A stretch of 64,000 bases of DNA from Eutreptiella sp. 'Long Island Sound 2002'. Lineage: Eukaryota > Protista > Euglenida. Below the pieces are notes generated by a model that was not told the DNA's origin, did no database searches, and was given only the letters and a program-made list of their open reading frames with translations. The stretch lies in NCBI GenBank assembly GCA_964036045.1, contig OZ038379.1:71052001-71116000 (forward strand), given 5' to 3'. Below are positions 61,957-64,000 of the stretch, one piece after another. The position numbers and the translations under genes were made by a program. Position 1 is the first letter of the stretch. Each line of letters begins with the position of its first letter.

Positions 61957-62124
61957 CTCTTGAGAATGAAATGAAAGGGAATAGTATAACTTCTCATGCC
62001 AAATTCGCGCGAACTTTGCGCGAAATTCGTGCACCTGCATGCCTGACCGAATATGAAGCATTTGCGGATGCGCAGCACAATGTCGCGAACTTCGCGCTAA
62101 TACGGGGTAGAGGACGATGCATAC
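61957..62124 (-). other. Predicted 168-bp GT-AG intron of element A with TTCGCGCGAA-type motifs (equivalent at ~38008-38190)
   Basis: TTT GAG|gtatgc ... tctcaagag|CAA TGG; the donor is conserved in both A copies. Confidence 0.55.
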
Positions 62125-63468
62125 CTCAAATTCACACGGGCAGGTCACCGTCGTCCCGTTCTTGGACTCCTTTGCCTGCTTCCACGCCGGCTCAGCGTGG
62201 AGCAGTTGCCAGGCGGGGGCAGGGCGCGTGGGGGGTAGTATAGCCCCAAAGGCCAACGTCACCTCCACATCCCCGTCCGTTGAATCCCCCTTCACGACCT
62301 TCATCTCGTGCGCCCCATTCAACATCAAGATGTCCCCCGCATGCACGCTGATGGGGGAGATGTCGTGGGCGGAGCGGGAGAGGAACAGGGGGTGGTGTGT
62401 GCACACGGGGGAGCCTGGCTCCACCTCGGGGGGGCTGAAGGTGTCGTCCACCATGTCCCGGGTGGCCAGCCCGACCCGAGCCTCCAATCCAACCCCGAAC
62501 AGCAATAGTTGCCCAAAAGTAGGAACTTCCTCCCCGCCCTCCCCGTCCAGCAAGCCGAGGCAGTCCTTGAGCTCCAAGGGGAGGTGGGGGTCGAGATGCG
62601 TCGTATTCGGCTTATTCCACGAATGACGCCGATCGGGGGTCCAATGCGTTAACAGTGCCCCCTGCATCTCTTGCCCGGGGGGGGAGGGGAGCCCGTGGTG
62701 CCGGGCAGTGCTGACGAGGACGAGGACCTCCCCCTGTTGGAGGAGGACCTCGTTCCCACCTCTCCTCCGTGGCCTCCCCCATCGCCGTTTCCGCCTGGAC
62801 GTTGATGCGGTACTGGGGGGAGAGGGCCACGAAGGTCGAGATGTGGCAGCTCGAGGGGTAGCGGTCAGGGGGGGGGGAACATGTGCGGGGCAGTCGAAAC
62901 ATCCGTGTGGGGGAGCTAGTCCCCCGACTCAGTCCGATGATGGAAGAAGGCATGTCAAACAAGTCTTCAAATGGATCGGGGACACGGTCGTTGATGCTGC
63001 CAATAAATTTTGTAATGAGGGCACTTGCCATGCCCGAGGTTTTGGTTGGCTTGGACATGCACCGCTGGGGGAGGGTGGGGTCCTTCCTCTGCTCCTCCAC
63101 CTTTTTCACATTGAACACCAGGTCAGAATGTTGACGATCTTGGTTCCCCCCCGCCCAAATTTTTACCACCCTCCCCTAGGTGGTCTTGCAGTACTCCGCG
63201 ACAAGAATATCGCGGTGAACTGGGTAGCCGAAGCCGTCCACGAAGTTACGAGCCATCGGGGGGGGCTGGGTGGTCAGCCAAAACGGAGGGGTTCGCGGTG
63301 GCATACGAGGGGGCGTCCTGCAGGGGTGCCCTGCGCAAGGGGGGCTCGGGCGTAATGAAGGGGGGGATCCGTGATTCCCCAATACCAACTGAGCCCCTTC
63401 ATCCTATGGAGAGTGGGCAGAGTGATATCGGGGATGTGGTTGAGAGGGGGGTCAATCGGGTGGCCCGA

Positions 63469-64000
63469 CTAGATGCCCAGATCGTCCCACCATTGGGCCT
63501 GCACTGCCTGCCATTCAAAAGGAAATTTAGAGTGGCCAGCCTGCGGCTCACCGGCAGGAAAGTAGTTATTGATGGCAATCATGTCCATCCGCATGGGGTA
63601 GTAGACGAGGCCAGTGGTGGGGTAGATGGCACAGAGGCCGGGCTTGGGTTTGCCCACGGTGTGTGTGGCCATGATACCCAAAAGGCTGTCCACGGTTGAA
63701 CCGGCGGGAATGAGCCGGACGGCCCGCAACCCTGGGAGGGCCACCTTCAACTCCCGAAGAAGGAGGGTGGCCCAACTTTTTTTCCCAAACCATCGCGCCC
63801 TCTCGGGCGTTCGCATGTCAACATGAATCAACTGGGGGGGAGTGGCAAACCCCTTCGCCCACCCCACCACCTCCTCCACTGCCAGGCCCCCCGTGTACGT
63901 GGCCTCCTCCAATGTGCCGGAGCGAAGGGGGATGCCCTGGTAGTGGCCCAGGGTGCCATCGGACGGGTTGGGGAGTGAGAGTGACCCAATCTGGGAAAGG
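63469..64000 (-). CDS. Second copy of the GNAT-like cargo ORF segment (partial at the window edge)
   Basis: LIHVDMRTPERARWFGKKSWATLLLRELKVALPGLRAVRL; near-identical to 49423-49959. Confidence 0.35.
   Translation of the reverse strand, partial: LSQIGSLSLPNPSDGTLGHYQGIPLRSGTLEEATYTGGLAVEEVVGWAKGFATPPQLIHVDMRTPERARWFGKKSWATLLLRELKVALPGLRAVRLIPAGSTVDSLLGIMATHTVGKPKPGLCAIYPTTGLVYYPMRMDMIAINNYFPAGEPQAGHSKFPFEWQAVQAQWWDDLGI

Larger units (their letters stand above)
52604..64000 (-). mobile_element. Element A copy A2, the largest copy, interrupted by element B and running off the window
   Basis: Contains the transposase, the AT-hook ORF and the GNAT-like ORF, with introns carrying the TTCGCGCGAA motif. 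The left boundary is tentative (ta|CACACTG at 52602-52610). Confidence 0.75.

Noticed and set aside
38841-64000. Endogenous giant virus or Polinton-like element
   Set aside because: No recognisable DNA polymerase B, packaging ATPase, capsid or retroviral-type integrase; the long ORFs are better explained as transposases bounded by TIRs.
1-64000. Frameshifts at long G/C runs as programmed frameshifting; G-quadruplex function
   Set aside because: Homopolymer lengths are unreliable and the elements carry many other disabling changes; this cannot be separated from sequencing error or decay.
1-64000. tRNA, rRNA, spliced-leader or telomeric repeats
   Set aside because: None recognised by eye; a tRNAscan/Infernal run would be needed to exclude small RNAs.

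Overview
Eukaryotic, gene-poor repetitive DNA; the organism cannot be identified from the sequence, and no host gene, rRNA, tRNA or CRISPR array was found. About 22 kb is a diverged ~224-bp satellite with higher-order duplications and a local inversion. The rest is a nested stack of DNA transposons, labelled A-F here. At least three unrelated elements (A, B, E) and possibly a fourth (C) carry degenerate DDE transposases whose motif order matches the RAG1/Transib catalytic core: D1, D2, CxxC, (D/C/P)xLH, YxH, then E. Element B (~5.5 kb) is complete, with TIRs and a 2-bp TSD, and sits inside the transposase of element A. In A, B and C the predicted GT-AG introns are filled with a palindromic motif specific to that element, which also occurs in its terminal or other non-coding regions. 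E and F have bipartite CAC-heptamer/11-12-nt spacer/decamer ends. Cargo ORFs include a GNAT-like ORF, a Tudor-like ORF and an unknown family present in two diverged copies. A pogo-like element carries a WW domain and a PIP box. All protein assignments are by-eye motif matches and need HMM or structure confirmation.
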